50,521 nt of DNA from Rickettsiales bacterium. GTDB taxonomy: Bacteria; Pseudomonadota; Alphaproteobacteria; Rickettsiales; UBA1997. How positions within the stretch are numbered: position 1 is the first letter of the stretch; every line of letters starts with the position of its first letter. Position numbers and translations under genes: made by a program. The notes under the pieces are model-generated. The model searched no databases, was not told where the DNA came from, and was given only the letters and a program-made list of their open reading frames with translations. Positions 32,417 to 42,529 of the stretch are shown here, one piece after another. The stretch lies in contig DATIQT010000067.1 in NCBI GenBank assembly GCA_035470525.1, positions 1-50,521 of the forward strand. Direction: 5' to 3'.

Positions 32417-33094
32417 ATGGCAAAAGAACCTAAATTGAAGTTAAAAAGCTGGTATTCAAGTAAATATCAAATAGTTACTTTTCAAAGAAATATACTATTT
32501 TTTATTTCTTTTCTAGCTATTTGCTCTGTTTTGGTTGCTGTTATATTTGTAAAACAAATAATGGGCTCAAAATCTTTAGTACCTTATGTTATAGAGGTAG
32601 AAGAAAAAACAGGTATTCCAACAGTTGTAGAGCAATTAAATCAAAGTAGTTTTACAACGGATTCAGCATTAAAAAGATATTTCTTATATTCTTTTATAAA
32701 GGCGGCAGAAGGTTTTAATTTGGGAACCTTTAAAGATGATTACAAAAAATTAATGTTATTTTCTACATCTTCTGTTTTTAGACAAATACAGAAGAAAATT
32801 AATCCAAAAAATGAGTCAAGTCCATATGCATTGATCGGTAGTAAAGGTATGATTGAAGTAGCTCTTAAGTCAATAAGTTTCCCTACCCCAAATAGTGCTA
32901 TTATTAGATTTAGATTAAAAAATCTTGGATTTGTTAGAGATTTTAAAAACAATAGGGATATGATTGCAGATATTGAATTTAAATTCACGGATATTAAATT
33001 ATCTGTTGAAGAAAGATATATCAACCCAATAGGTTTTCAAGTAACAAAGTATGTAGTTGATCAAGAATTAGTTAGCGGTAGTGAGGAGAAATAA
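32417..33094 (+). CDS. virB8: Type IV secretion system protein VirB8
   Basis: A short cytoplasmic N-terminus, a single TM (ILFFISFLAICSVLVAVIFV) and a periplasmic NTF2-like domain (YVIEVEE.TG...V). It is directly coupled to virB9. The ORF track offers an upstream TTG at 32363. Confidence 0.65.
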   Translation: MAKEPKLKLKSWYSSKYQIVTFQRNILFFISFLAICSVLVAVIFVKQIMGSKSLVPYVIEVEEKTGIPTVVEQLNQSSFTTDSALKRYFLYSFIKAAEGFNLGTFKDDYKKLMLFSTSSVFRQIQKKINPKNESSPYALIGSKGMIEVALKSISFPTPNSAIIRFRLKNLGFVRDFKNNRDMIADIEFKFTDIKLSVEERYINPIGFQVTKYVVDQELVSGSEEK

Positions 33095-33864
33095 TGATAA
33101 AAAATTTTATATTAGTTTTACTTTTTTGTGTTTTTATTAGTTATTCTAATAATGCATTTTCTGAAGAGGAAGTTCCTTTAACAACAGATTCTAGAATAAG
33201 AACTATAGTTTATAATGCAAATGAAGTTTATCAATTAAAATTTCATTATGGTTTTCAATCTTTTATAGAATTTGCACCTGATGAAGATATTGAAATTATT
33301 TCACTTGGAGAAGCTTATCCTTGGAAAATAACACCAATAAATAAAAGAATCTTTATAAGACCAATTCAAGTTGATGTCACAACAAATATGACTGTAATTA
33401 CAACAAAAAGAACTTATCAATTTGAAATAACTGGTTTGCCTTATGATGGAAAAGTTAATGAAGATTTAATATACTCAATAAAATTCTTTTATCCCGATAA
33501 AGAGTTAAAGAAACCCACAATGAATGGTACTAATAGTCAATTTAATACAATTAGTGTAAAAGATGGCTTTGCTCTCACAAATATTGAAAGAGGTGATATT
33601 ATTAATTTTAATTATACAATGACAGGAGATGCAAAAAGTATAGTTCCAGTAAAAGTATTTGATGATGGAAAAATAACATATTTCCAATTTCCAAATAATA
33701 ATTTAATTGTTCCTACTTTTAGTCTTGTAGACATATATGGAAATGAAACTAAATTAAATTATTATGTAGATGGTGATTATATAGCTATAAACACTGTTAG
33801 TATCCAATTTGCTTTAAGGAACGGTAAGGAATTGTTGTGTATATTTAATAACTCAATGATATAA
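33094..33864 (+). CDS. virB9: Type IV secretion system protein VirB9 (CagX/TrbG family)
   Basis: A signal peptide, then DSRIRTIVYNANEVYQL..HYGFQSFIEF...E.I..ISLGE...W.I.P..KRIFI.P......TNMTVIT.KRTYQFE. Confidence 0.7.
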   Translation: MIKNFILVLLFCVFISYSNNAFSEEEVPLTTDSRIRTIVYNANEVYQLKFHYGFQSFIEFAPDEDIEIISLGEAYPWKITPINKRIFIRPIQVDVTTNMTVITTKRTYQFEITGLPYDGKVNEDLIYSIKFFYPDKELKKPTMNGTNSQFNTISVKDGFALTNIERGDIINFNYTMTGDAKSIVPVKVFDDGKITYFQFPNNNLIVPTFSLVDIYGNETKLNYYVDGDYIAINTVSIQFALRNGKELLCIFNNSMI

Positions 33865-34634
33865 TGGCATCTAAAATAATTTCCATAGTAAATCAAAAAG
33901 GTGGTGTAGGTAAAACAACAACAGTTATAAATCTTGCGGCGGTTTTAGTTGCTTTAAAAAAGAAAGTTTTAGTAATAGATTGTGACCCTCAAAGTAATGC
34001 AAGTAGCGGATTTGATTTAAGTTTGGAAGAAAAAGAAAAACACAATGTATATAATTTATTTTCACATAAAGCAAAAGCAAGTGAACTAATTTGTAAAACA
34101 AAAATTCCTCTTTTAGATATAATACCTTGTACTATAGATTTAGCAAGTGCTGAAGTTGATTTAGTTCAAGTAAAAGATAGAGAATTTGAATTAAAAAATA
34201 ATATTCCAGATATTATAGATTTATATGATTTTATTTTAATAGATTGTCCTCCTTCACTTGGATTATTAACTGTTAATGCTTTAGTTGCTTCAACAACAAT
34301 ATTAATACCATTACAATGCGAATTCTTTGCTTTAGAAGGATTATCACATTTACTAGATACCGCTAATAGAATAAAGGAAAATTTTAACCCAAAATTAAAT
34401 ATAAATGGTATTATTTTAACAATGTACGATAGAAGAAATAAACTAACAGAACAAGTAGAACAAGATGTTAGAAATTGTTTAGGAGAGATGGTTTATAAAA
34501 CAATAATACCAAGAAATATCAAATTATCAGAATCGTCTTCTCATGGACTACCAGCAATACTTTACGATCCTAACTGTCAAGGATCACTTGCTTATATGAA
34601 ATTAGCAGAAGAAATTTTAAAAAGAATTATATAA
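33864..34634 (+). CDS. parA: Chromosome-partitioning ATPase ParA/Soj
   Basis: The deviant Walker A NQKGGVGKTTT, DCDPQ.NA and IIDCPPSLG. Its ATG overlaps the virB9 stop (TAATG). Confidence 0.88.
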   Translation: MASKIISIVNQKGGVGKTTTVINLAAVLVALKKKVLVIDCDPQSNASSGFDLSLEEKEKHNVYNLFSHKAKASELICKTKIPLLDIIPCTIDLASAEVDLVQVKDREFELKNNIPDIIDLYDFILIDCPPSLGLLTVNALVASTTILIPLQCEFFALEGLSHLLDTANRIKENFNPKLNINGIILTMYDRRNKLTEQVEQDVRNCLGEMVYKTIIPRNIKLSESSSHGLPAILYDPNCQGSLAYMKLAEEILKRII

Positions 34635-34668
34635 TTTTAATATATTAAGTTTTAATAAAAAATTAAAG

Positions 34669-35763
34669 CTAAAATTGAATTTTTTCTTTTATTATATCTA
34701 CAATTCTAATATCAGCATTTATAACAGACATATTTTTAATATTCTTTGCCATTTCTTCTAATAACTTTTTATTTTGTATTAAATCAAAAAATAATCTTTG
34801 AAAATCTTTTATATTAAAATTCTTTTCTAATACAATTAAAGCAGCTTTATTTTTTGAAAAAAGTTTTGCATTAATTTCTTGGTGATTATTTGACGAATTT
34901 TTTAATGGAATTAAAACAATAGGTTTTCCAGCAATAGCAACTTCATTTAATGTTCCACTACCTGATCTTCCAATAACCAAATGTGCTTTTTCTAACAACT
35001 CATCTATATTTTTAAAAAATGTAGATACAATCGCTTCAACATTAATTTTTTTATAATATTCTTTTACTTGATCTAAATATTCTTCTCTAACTTGATGAAA
35101 TATTTTTATTCTTTTCTGTTCTTCTTTATGAGAGAAATCAAATATTTTAGGTAAATATTCACTAAATATTTCAGCACCAGAACTACCACCAGTAATTAAT
35201 ATATTAAATTTTTCTTCATTAGGATATTTATATTCTATATTACTTAATCTTTGAATTTCTTTTCTAACTGGATTACCTGTAAAAACAATTTTTTCCATAT
35301 CATTAAAACTTACACCGTACAATTCATGATAACTTGTCATAACTTTTTGTGAGTACTTCGCAAAAAATTTATTGATTTTACCTATGTAAACGTTTTGTTC
35401 ATGAAGCATAAAAGGAGTTTTTGTAATTATACAAGATATCAATACAGGTAATGTTGCATAGCTTCCAAAAGCAACAACTAAATCAGGATTTTCCTTTTTA
35501 ATCAAATGTCTTGATTGTAAAACTCCTTTAATTATCTCTTTTATATTAAAAAAAGAATTTAAAGTTTTACCAGTATTTATTATTCTATTATTTATATTAC
35601 CATTTGAATATCTTTCAAAAACTTTATCAGCTATAACACAAACATTGAAATCATTTTTAGTAAGCTCATTTGCCACAGAAAGTGCTGGAAAAATATGGCC
35701 ACCAGAACCACCTGTTGCTAAAAAAATTTTAGGTTTTACTTTTTTCTCTTTCATTTTTCTCAT
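34669..35763 (-). CDS. murG: Undecaprenyldiphospho-muramoylpentapeptide beta-N-acetylglucosaminyltransferase MurG
   Basis: GGSGGHIFPALSVA, GGSSGA and a GRSGSGT..E motif. Confidence 0.85.
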   Translation of the reverse strand: MRKMKEKKVKPKIFLATGGSGGHIFPALSVANELTKNDFNVCVIADKVFERYSNGNINNRIINTGKTLNSFFNIKEIIKGVLQSRHLIKKENPDLVVAFGSYATLPVLISCIITKTPFMLHEQNVYIGKINKFFAKYSQKVMTSYHELYGVSFNDMEKIVFTGNPVRKEIQRLSNIEYKYPNEEKFNILITGGSSGAEIFSEYLPKIFDFSHKEEQKRIKIFHQVREEYLDQVKEYYKKINVEAIVSTFFKNIDELLEKAHLVIGRSGSGTLNEVAIAGKPIVLIPLKNSSNNHQEINAKLFSKNKAALIVLEKNFNIKDFQRLFFDLIQNKKLLEEMAKNIKNMSVINADIRIVDIIKEKIQF

Positions 35764-36119
35764 TCACTCCAAACATTTTCAAGATGTTCTATTTTAAATA
35801 TTCCATATACCAAGACAACATCAATTCTTATGAAGAAATTAGAATATTTTTTATTTTTATTCAAGAACAATTTTGTCGCATTAATAATTCTTTTATATTG
35901 TTTATAACTAACAACTTCACTAATTTCAACATTTTTGTTCTTTCTAGCCTTAACTTCAACAACAACTAAATATTTGTCTTTTGTAAATATTAAATCAATT
36001 TCACCAAGCTTTGTTTTATATCTTCTATTTAAAAATTTATAACCATTAAAGAAAAAAATTAAAATAGTTAAATACTCAGCAAATATACCAAACCAGTAAG
36101 ATCTTTGTTTCTTAGTCAT
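35760..36119 (-). CDS. yraN: YraN-family (UPF0102) endonuclease-like protein
   Basis: 119 aa. GEIDLIF....LVVVEVKAR and the RIDVV pattern. Confidence 0.7.
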   Translation of the reverse strand: MTKKQRSYWFGIFAEYLTILIFFFNGYKFLNRRYKTKLGEIDLIFTKDKYLVVVEVKARKNKNVEISEVVSYKQYKRIINATKLFLNKNKKYSNFFIRIDVVLVYGIFKIEHLENVWSE

Positions 36120-37017
36120 TTTTAATTTTTTTCAAAAAGTCTTCTAACTGCTCTAAAGAACTATAATTTATAATAATTTTACCTTTTTTCTTTTGATTAT
36201 CAAAATCAATTTTAGACTTTAAATGTATTTTATTAAATAAACTAGTTTCTACTTTTGTAAAATACTCTTTATTAATCATAGAAATTTGAGCCTTCTTAAC
36301 CTTTCTTTGTAAATTAATTTTTTCTTGGTTATAATCTCTAACTAATTTTTCAGTTTCCCTAACACTCAAATTAGCATCAATAATAGTATTAGCAATTTCA
36401 ATAGCTCTATCACAATTAATCAATGCCCTAGCATGACCCATATCTATTTTTTTCTGATATAGCAACTCTTTAATCTCTATAGGCAAATCCAACAATCTAA
36501 TAATATTCGCTATATGGCTTCTACTTTTTCCAACAAATTCAGCAACATCTTGTTGAGTATAATTAAATTCTTTCATCAATCTATCATATGCTTCAGCTTC
36601 TTCCATAACGGATAAATCACTTCTTTGAATATTTTCAATAATAGCAAGACTTAATACATCTTTATCATCAAAATCTTTTACAATTACAGGAACAGTATCC
36701 AAACCAGCTAATTTACTAGCTCTAAACCTTCTTTCACCGGCAATGATTTCAAATTTACCTAAATCTTCAGCTAATTTTCTAACGATTATCGGCTGTAAAA
36801 TTCCAAATTCTTTGATAGATATAGATAATTCCTTTAACTCTTCATCGTTAAAAAATTTTCTTGGTTGAAATCTATTTGGGCTCAACAATTCAATTGATAT
36901 TACTTGTATTTTATCAGCTGTTAAATCAATACTCATTAAACCTGAATTCAAGTTTAATTTTTTTTCACCTAACAGCGAACTTAACCCCTTACCTAATTTA
37001 TTTGCATTATTATTCAT
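36112..37017 (-). CDS. parB: Chromosome-partitioning protein ParB/Spo0J
   Basis: PNRFQPRK, ILQPIIVR, IIAGERRFRA and an HTH region (Q.DVAEFVGKSRSHIAN). Confidence 0.88.
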   Translation of the reverse strand: MNNNANKLGKGLSSLLGEKKLNLNSGLMSIDLTADKIQVISIELLSPNRFQPRKFFNDEELKELSISIKEFGILQPIIVRKLAEDLGKFEIIAGERRFRASKLAGLDTVPVIVKDFDDKDVLSLAIIENIQRSDLSVMEEAEAYDRLMKEFNYTQQDVAEFVGKSRSHIANIIRLLDLPIEIKELLYQKKIDMGHARALINCDRAIEIANTIIDANLSVRETEKLVRDYNQEKINLQRKVKKAQISMINKEYFTKVETSLFNKIHLKSKIDFDNQKKKGKIIINYSSLEQLEDFLKKIKND

Positions 37018-37148
37018 TCTTTAACAATATATAAGTATTATTAAGATAATAAAATAAAAATATTATTTTTCAATAGGCCTATTTCATCTATTGAATTTTA
37101 AAAATAAAAAATTATAAAAATAATTCATAAAATCATACAAATAAAATT

Positions 37149-38120
37149 ATGATATTTGATTGTTTCATGTTTTTTAATGAATTAGACCTTCTAGAAATAA
37201 GACTAAATATATTAGATAAAATAGTTGATAAATTTGTTCTAGTTGAACAAACAAAAACACAAAAAGGCGACAAAAAACCATTATATTATGGAGAAAACAA
37301 AGAAAGATTCAAAAAATTTAACGATAAAATTATTCATGTAGTTGTCGATGAATATCCCAATACAGAATTAAGCCAATGGACCTTAGAAAATTGGCAAAGA
37401 AATAATATAAGCAAAGGATTAAAAAATTGTAAAGATTCCGACATTATAATGATTTCCGATTTAGATGAAATACCAAATCCAAAAATTTTAAAAGAAGAAT
37501 CAAAAAAATTAAAATACGGAACAATTACCGCTTTAGATATGATGATGTTTATGTTTTATTTAAACAATTTATCATATAAATACTTTTGGACACACGGAAC
37601 AAAAATTTTATTTTATAAAGATTATAAAAATATTCTAGACAAAGTAAACTTTTCAAAAACTTATGGTATCGATAATAAATTAGAAAAAAAGACCACAGCT
37701 AGCAAAATAAGAATGTATTACGGAAAAAAGCAAAGACATATACAAAATGCCGGTTGGCACTTCACATATATAGGTGGAGTTGACAAAGTCGTTAACAAAC
37801 TTAAATCTATTTGCGAAGGAAACAATGCCACAAAAGAAGAAGCAAACAAACTAATAAACAGCAAAACATTTGGACCAGAATATCCTTTAGCCCCAGTTAA
37901 AATAGATAGCTCTTTCCCAGAATACATAGTATCTAATCAAGAAAAATATAAAGATTACATACTAAAAAACCCACAAAAAATAATAAAAGACTTTCCTATG
38001 ACAAGAATACCAGTAAATAAATTCTTAAAATTATTTATACACACACTATGTGCTTTTATTCCATTTAAAAAATATAGAAAAGAGTTTAGGAGAAAATATA
38101 CACAGGATAAAGTTGTGTAA
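37149..38120 (+). CDS. Glycosyltransferase family 17-like protein
   Basis: MIFDCFMFFNELDLLEIRLN.L...VDKFVLVE and ISDLDEIP are hallmark GT17 N-terminal blocks. Confidence 0.65.
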   Translation: MIFDCFMFFNELDLLEIRLNILDKIVDKFVLVEQTKTQKGDKKPLYYGENKERFKKFNDKIIHVVVDEYPNTELSQWTLENWQRNNISKGLKNCKDSDIIMISDLDEIPNPKILKEESKKLKYGTITALDMMMFMFYLNNLSYKYFWTHGTKILFYKDYKNILDKVNFSKTYGIDNKLEKKTTASKIRMYYGKKQRHIQNAGWHFTYIGGVDKVVNKLKSICEGNNATKEEANKLINSKTFGPEYPLAPVKIDSSFPEYIVSNQEKYKDYILKNPQKIIKDFPMTRIPVNKFLKLFIHTLCAFIPFKKYRKEFRRKYTQDKVV

Positions 38121-38177
38121 TTTTCTCAATTATAGACATTAAACAATAGACCTAGTGCAAAATTATTTATAAAATAC

Positions 38178-39959
38178 TTATGCACTATTCGTTTCATCTC
38201 CAATAACCCCATCTTTCTGCATACTCCACATCTTTTTAAACAATCCACCTCTAATAGATAGAAGTTCATCTTTTGTTCCATCTTCAACAATCTTTCCTTT
38301 ATCAAGAACAACTATTCTATCCATATTGTCTAATGTTGAAAGACGATGTGCTACAGCAATTACAGTTTTATTTTCCATTAAATTTCTTAATGCTATTTGT
38401 ATTTCTTTTTCTGTAATACTGTCTAGTGCAGAAGTAGCTTCATCTAATATAAGTATTGGGGAGTTTTTAAGTATAGCTCTTGCAATAGCTATTCTCTGTC
38501 TTTGTCCTCCACTTAGTTTAACTCCTCTTTCTCCAACTAGAGTATCATATTTATTTTCTAAATCATTTATAAAGTCATAACAACAAGCTTTCTTACTTGC
38601 TTCTATTATTTCCTCATCTGTTGCATTAGGTCGTCCATAAGCTATGTTTTCACGAATTGTTCTGTGAAAGAGGATTGGGTCTTGGGGGATGTAGGAGATG
38701 TTTTGACGAAGGCTTTCTTGAGTAACTTCTGTTTTAATATCTTGATTATCAATTAAAATTCCACCAGAATTTACATCATAAAATCTTAACAATAAACTTA
38801 TTAAACTAGACTTTCCACTTCCAGTATAACCTACTAATCCCATTTTTTGATGAGAACCTATTTTTAAATTAAAATCCTCAAATATTAAAGGCAAATTTTC
38901 TTTATATTTAAAATTAACATCTATAAATTCAATTTCAGCTTTATCCACAATTAGTTTTTTAGCTGTTTTACTATCAACTATTTCTGGATTAATGAAGAGA
39001 GTCTGAACAGCTTGGTTGACTTTGCCATATGAATCTATTGACTTTATTAAACTCATCATTGCAAAATGTAGCCACCAAATCATACTAAGTGACATACTCA
39101 AATTTGTAACCATAGTACCAATCTCAATTTTTTTGTTTAATAAAAGATACAAATTAATAGAAAATACAGTGGCAAGCAAAATAATTCTTAATACTAAATT
39201 TAAAACATCTAAAACGCCATTATAAAATTCAATTTCACTTTTTGATTTTAGTATTTTTAATGTTTGTTTTTTTATATTAGCTTTTTCTGATTTCTGTGTT
39301 GAAAATATTTTAATATTTAATATATTAGCAAAACAATCTATTATTTTACCGGAACATTCATTTTCCTTTTTTGAAGATTCTTCAGATAACTTCTCTATTT
39401 TCATAGATAAAAAATAAAACAAAACACAATATATTATAAATAATGATGAAAATACAGTTCCTAGTAACCAATATATCCCAAGAAATACAAAGCTTACCAT
39501 TATAAATCCCAAAAAATTTGATATTATATCAAAAGACTTTTCTACAATACTTTCGGCTCCATTCGTAATATCATTTATTTTTGAATTCAAACTACCAACA
39601 AAATTTTCACTAAAAAAAGAATTTGATTGTTTCAATGAATGATTAAATACAAAATTTTTTATATCCTCTTTCAATTTGAACATTACCGGAAATTTAATTT
39701 TCCTAACCAAAGGAAATAACATATTTAAAAAATTTATAGTTGTTAAATACAAACAACCATAAAACAAACCGCTTTTTATGTTTATATCTCCTTGATTTAC
39801 TTTATTTATGAAATTTTTAAGTACTGTATTTGCACCAATTAAAAATATTTGGTCACCGATTACAATAATAGAAATTACAGTAAATAAATTCCACTTATAT
39901 TTTTTTACAAACCCCCACAAAAATGGAAGAGTTCTTACCTTACTAATACTATTAGTCAT
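38178..39959 (-). CDS. ABC exporter, full-length half-transporter (TMD + NBD)
   Basis: Six-TM exporter domain. Walker A GYTGSGKSS, signature LSGGQRQR and Walker B ILILDEATSALD. Confidence 0.85.
   Translation of the reverse strand: MTNSISKVRTLPFLWGFVKKYKWNLFTVISIIVIGDQIFLIGANTVLKNFINKVNQGDINIKSGLFYGCLYLTTINFLNMLFPLVRKIKFPVMFKLKEDIKNFVFNHSLKQSNSFFSENFVGSLNSKINDITNGAESIVEKSFDIISNFLGFIMVSFVFLGIYWLLGTVFSSLFIIYCVLFYFLSMKIEKLSEESSKKENECSGKIIDCFANILNIKIFSTQKSEKANIKKQTLKILKSKSEIEFYNGVLDVLNLVLRIILLATVFSINLYLLLNKKIEIGTMVTNLSMSLSMIWWLHFAMMSLIKSIDSYGKVNQAVQTLFINPEIVDSKTAKKLIVDKAEIEFIDVNFKYKENLPLIFEDFNLKIGSHQKMGLVGYTGSGKSSLISLLLRFYDVNSGGILIDNQDIKTEVTQESLRQNISYIPQDPILFHRTIRENIAYGRPNATDEEIIEASKKACCYDFINDLENKYDTLVGERGVKLSGGQRQRIAIARAILKNSPILILDEATSALDSITEKEIQIALRNLMENKTVIAVAHRLSTLDNMDRIVVLDKGKIVEDGTKDELLSIRGGLFKKMWSMQKDGVIGDETNSA
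38192..38722. repeat. Near-identical NBD-coding repeat (partner at 41085-41622)
   Basis: The two segments are colinear, differ mostly at synonymous positions, and share a stretch of about 95 bp that looks identical (tcatatttattttctaaatcatttataaagtcataacaacaagc...ggtcgtcc). Confidence 0.75.
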
Positions 39960-40319
39960 TTTTACCTCTCATACACAAAATCTGTGCTAAAAGCACAAAA
40001 AAATTAAAAATTAAAATTAAACAAACGATGTATTGCCAAACTTCAAATTACCAAATAAGGTATTAGATGAAAACCCAAACCTCTGGCTAGAACGACAGAG
40101 TAAACGGTTTATATTTGAGTAAATACAACTGTAGTTTATAATATTATTTTGAATTAAGCAAGAAAAAATTAATTAAATTAAAATTGACCAAACTTAAGTA
40201 AAAGTTAAGTTTGGTCAATATTTTTGTTAAGCTTTTTATTCATTTATCTTTAAAAGGCAATAAAAACTTGATTTTTTACATTTTTACATACAAAATTTAT
40301 TGTAAACAAATATTCATTT

Positions 40320-40883
40320 ATGGAAAAAGTTTTATATATTATTGGTGGAGCAAATGGTAGCGGAAAAACTACTATTGCAAAAGAATTGCTAAAAAATATA
40401 AAATTAGAATTTGTAAATGCCGATGAAATAGCGAAAGATATAAGTCCACAATCTTTAGAAAAAGCAAGAGTTCAAGCTGGAAAAATTGCTATTAACAAAA
40501 TAAATAAATTAATAGAGCAACAAAAATCATTTTGTATTGAAAGTACTTTGTCGGGAAATTTTTTAGTTAAAATAATAAAAAAAGCAAAAGAATTTAATTA
40601 CAAAATAAAATTAATTTATGTTTTTTTGGAAAGTTATAACGAATGTATAACAAGAGTAAAAACTAGAGTTATAAAGGGTGGACACAATGTGGAAGAAAAT
40701 GAAATTATTAGAAGATATTCAAGAAGCAAAAATAATTTTTGGTTTTTGTATAAAGATATTGTGAATGAGTATGAAGTATATTATAATAATTGTGAATATC
40801 CAGTTTTAGTTTTTAAAACTAATTTAGAAATTTATGAAAATGAATTATTTATAAAATTTAAAAAGGATTTAAAAAATGAATAA
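40320..40883 (+). CDS. Zeta-toxin/COG4185-like P-loop kinase
   Basis: Walker A GGANGSGKTT and a 187-aa size, with an ESTLSG and RV..R...GGH.V pattern typical of the zeta_toxin/AAA_33-like family. Confidence 0.6.
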   Translation: MEKVLYIIGGANGSGKTTIAKELLKNIKLEFVNADEIAKDISPQSLEKARVQAGKIAINKINKLIEQQKSFCIESTLSGNFLVKIIKKAKEFNYKIKLIYVFLESYNECITRVKTRVIKGGHNVEENEIIRRYSRSKNNFWFLYKDIVNEYEVYYNNCEYPVLVFKTNLEIYENELFIKFKKDLKNE

Positions 40884-41067
40884 GTCAAATAAAATAAATA
40901 TTACAAAAATAGTTAATAAAGCTGTATCGAATGCAATAAAAGAAAATGCCGAGATGGGTGTTCCCAGTGTGTTTTTTATAAATAATCAAGAAATTTATAA
41001 AATGCCTGATGGAAAAATCTTGTCAAAAAGTGAATATGAAAAATTAAACCAAAAGGCAATTAATTAA
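40876..41067 (+). CDS. Small 63-aa protein translationally coupled to the zeta-like kinase (possible antitoxin or partner)
   Basis: It has an 8-nt overlap with the upstream ORF. No motif is recognised. Confidence 0.35.
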   Translation: MNKSNKINITKIVNKAVSNAIKENAEMGVPSVFFINNQEIYKMPDGKILSKSEYEKLNQKAIN

Positions 41068-41813
41068 TTTTCTTCAACTTTTGGTTCATCTCCAATAACC
41101 CCATCCTTCTGCATACTCCACATTTTCTTGAATAATCCACCCCTTATATTTAATAGCTCATCTTTAGTTCCATCTTCAACAATCTTTCCTTTATCAAGAA
41201 CGACTATTCTATCCATATTATCTAATGTAGATAATCTGTGAGCTACAGCGATTACAGTTTTATTTTCCATTAAATTCTTCAATGCAATTTGAATTTCTTT
41301 TTCTGTAATACTATCTAATGCCGAAGTAGCTTCATCTAATATAAGTATTGGACTATTTTTAAGTATAGCTCTTGCAATAGCTATTCTCTGTCTTTGTCCA
41401 CCAGATAACTTCACACCCCTCTCCCCTACTAATGTATCATATTTATTTTCTAAATCATTTATAAAGTCATAACAACAAGCTTTCTTACTTGCTTCTATTA
41501 TTTCCTCATCTGTTGCATTAGGTCGTCCGTAGGCTATGTTCTCACGAATAGTTCTGTGGAAGAGGATTGGATCTTGAGGGATGTAGGAGATGTTTTGACG
41601 AAGGCTTTCTTGACTTACATCTCTTATATCTTGTCCATCAATTTCAATTGCACCATTACCATCTTTTATATCAAAAAATCTCATTAATAAATTAATCAAT
41701 GTAGATTTTCCACTACCGGAATATCCAACCAAACCAACTTTTGTTCTTGGCTCAATCTCCAAATTGAAATCATCAAAAACCTTCTTTTCAATTTTTATTT
41801 CTTCATTTTGCAT
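41064..41813 (-). CDS. Stand-alone ABC nucleotide-binding domain (detached from the upstream TMD ORF)
   Basis: Walker A GYSGSGKST, LSGGQRQR and ILILDEATSALD. The C-terminal roughly 175 aa are nearly identical to those of the ABC protein at 38178-39959. Confidence 0.8.
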   Translation of the reverse strand: MQNEEIKIEKKVFDDFNLEIEPRTKVGLVGYSGSGKSTLINLLMRFFDIKDGNGAIEIDGQDIRDVSQESLRQNISYIPQDPILFHRTIRENIAYGRPNATDEEIIEASKKACCYDFINDLENKYDTLVGERGVKLSGGQRQRIAIARAILKNSPILILDEATSALDSITEKEIQIALKNLMENKTVIAVAHRLSTLDNMDRIVVLDKGKIVEDGTKDELLNIRGGLFKKMWSMQKDGVIGDEPKVEEN

Positions 41814-41822
41814 TATCGCTCC

Positions 41823-42356
41823 TTATTTATTAATAATATGTAATTTTTCTAGTAAATCGTATAGTTCAAAAAACTTTTCCTTATAATCCTTAAAAAATAA
41901 ATATCTCTTGATATTTTTTTCAGATTGGTCATCAAATTTATTTTTCATATTACTAGCACTTTCTACCAACTCTGGATTATCTTTTCTATGTGAACTTATC
42001 CAATCACAAGCCATTTCGCAAATATCTTCATTACTCAACGGAATATTATTATTAATATGATATTCAACATGATGTGAATTAGAAACATAATGTCTGTCAA
42101 CTATTTTTTCCGCTTCTTCCAGTCTTTCTTTAGTTGTTTGATCTTGTAAATAAAAACAATCCACAATCGCTTCTATAAATTCCTCATAAAATTTATCCGT
42201 ATCATGAGAAACAGCTCTTTTAAGCAAGTTATATTTATCAACCTTAAATGATAATTCATCTAAGTGTTTTGTTATTGTAAATAATAAATTCGCAACATCA
42301 TGACTATGTCGTAATGTTCGCTCAATGTAGTGATTTAATTTTTCTTCTCTTAACAT
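41823..42356 (-). CDS. DUF5662-like HD-motif protein (phage-associated family), inserted between the TMD and NBD ORFs
   Basis: RHSHDV, SHDTDKF, RHYVSNSHHVEYH and EDICEMACDW.SSHRK resemble the DUF5662 pattern (H.HD.SK ... HH..N.HH.E. ... EM.CDW). Confidence 0.45.
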   Translation of the reverse strand: MLREEKLNHYIERTLRHSHDVANLLFTITKHLDELSFKVDKYNLLKRAVSHDTDKFYEEFIEAIVDCFYLQDQTTKERLEEAEKIVDRHYVSNSHHVEYHINNNIPLSNEDICEMACDWISSHRKDNPELVESASNMKNKFDDQSEKNIKRYLFFKDYKEKFFELYDLLEKLHIINK

Positions 42357-42387
42357 TTAACTCCTATTATTAAATTATTTAAATTTC

Positions 42388-42467
42388 GCTTGGATTCCAG
42401 CTTTCGCTGGAATGACAATTGCTGAACTGAATGGAGCTGTCACTTCCGCGAAAGCTGGAATCCAAGC
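42388..42467. repeat. RPE-like 80-bp palindromic element (ggattccagctttcgctggaatgac family)
   Basis: gcttggattccagctttcgctggaatgaca ... tgtcacttccgcgaaagctggaatccaagc. Each arm is itself a hairpin. Confidence 0.8.
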
Positions 42468-42529
42468 TATGTTGCAGTTTAAAACCAAATTATCATATTT
42501 TTCTTGAATTTTATCTCTATTAATCATTT

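Noticed and set aside
39960-40319. Possible RNA gene or pseudogene in the 360-bp gap between the ABC exporter and the zeta-like gene
   Set aside because: I found only a short hairpin (ttgaccaaacttaag...cttaagtttggtcaa, about 40184-40218). There are no conserved RNA motifs (SRP, RNase P, 6S) and no ORF remnant I could recognise. The evidence is insufficient.
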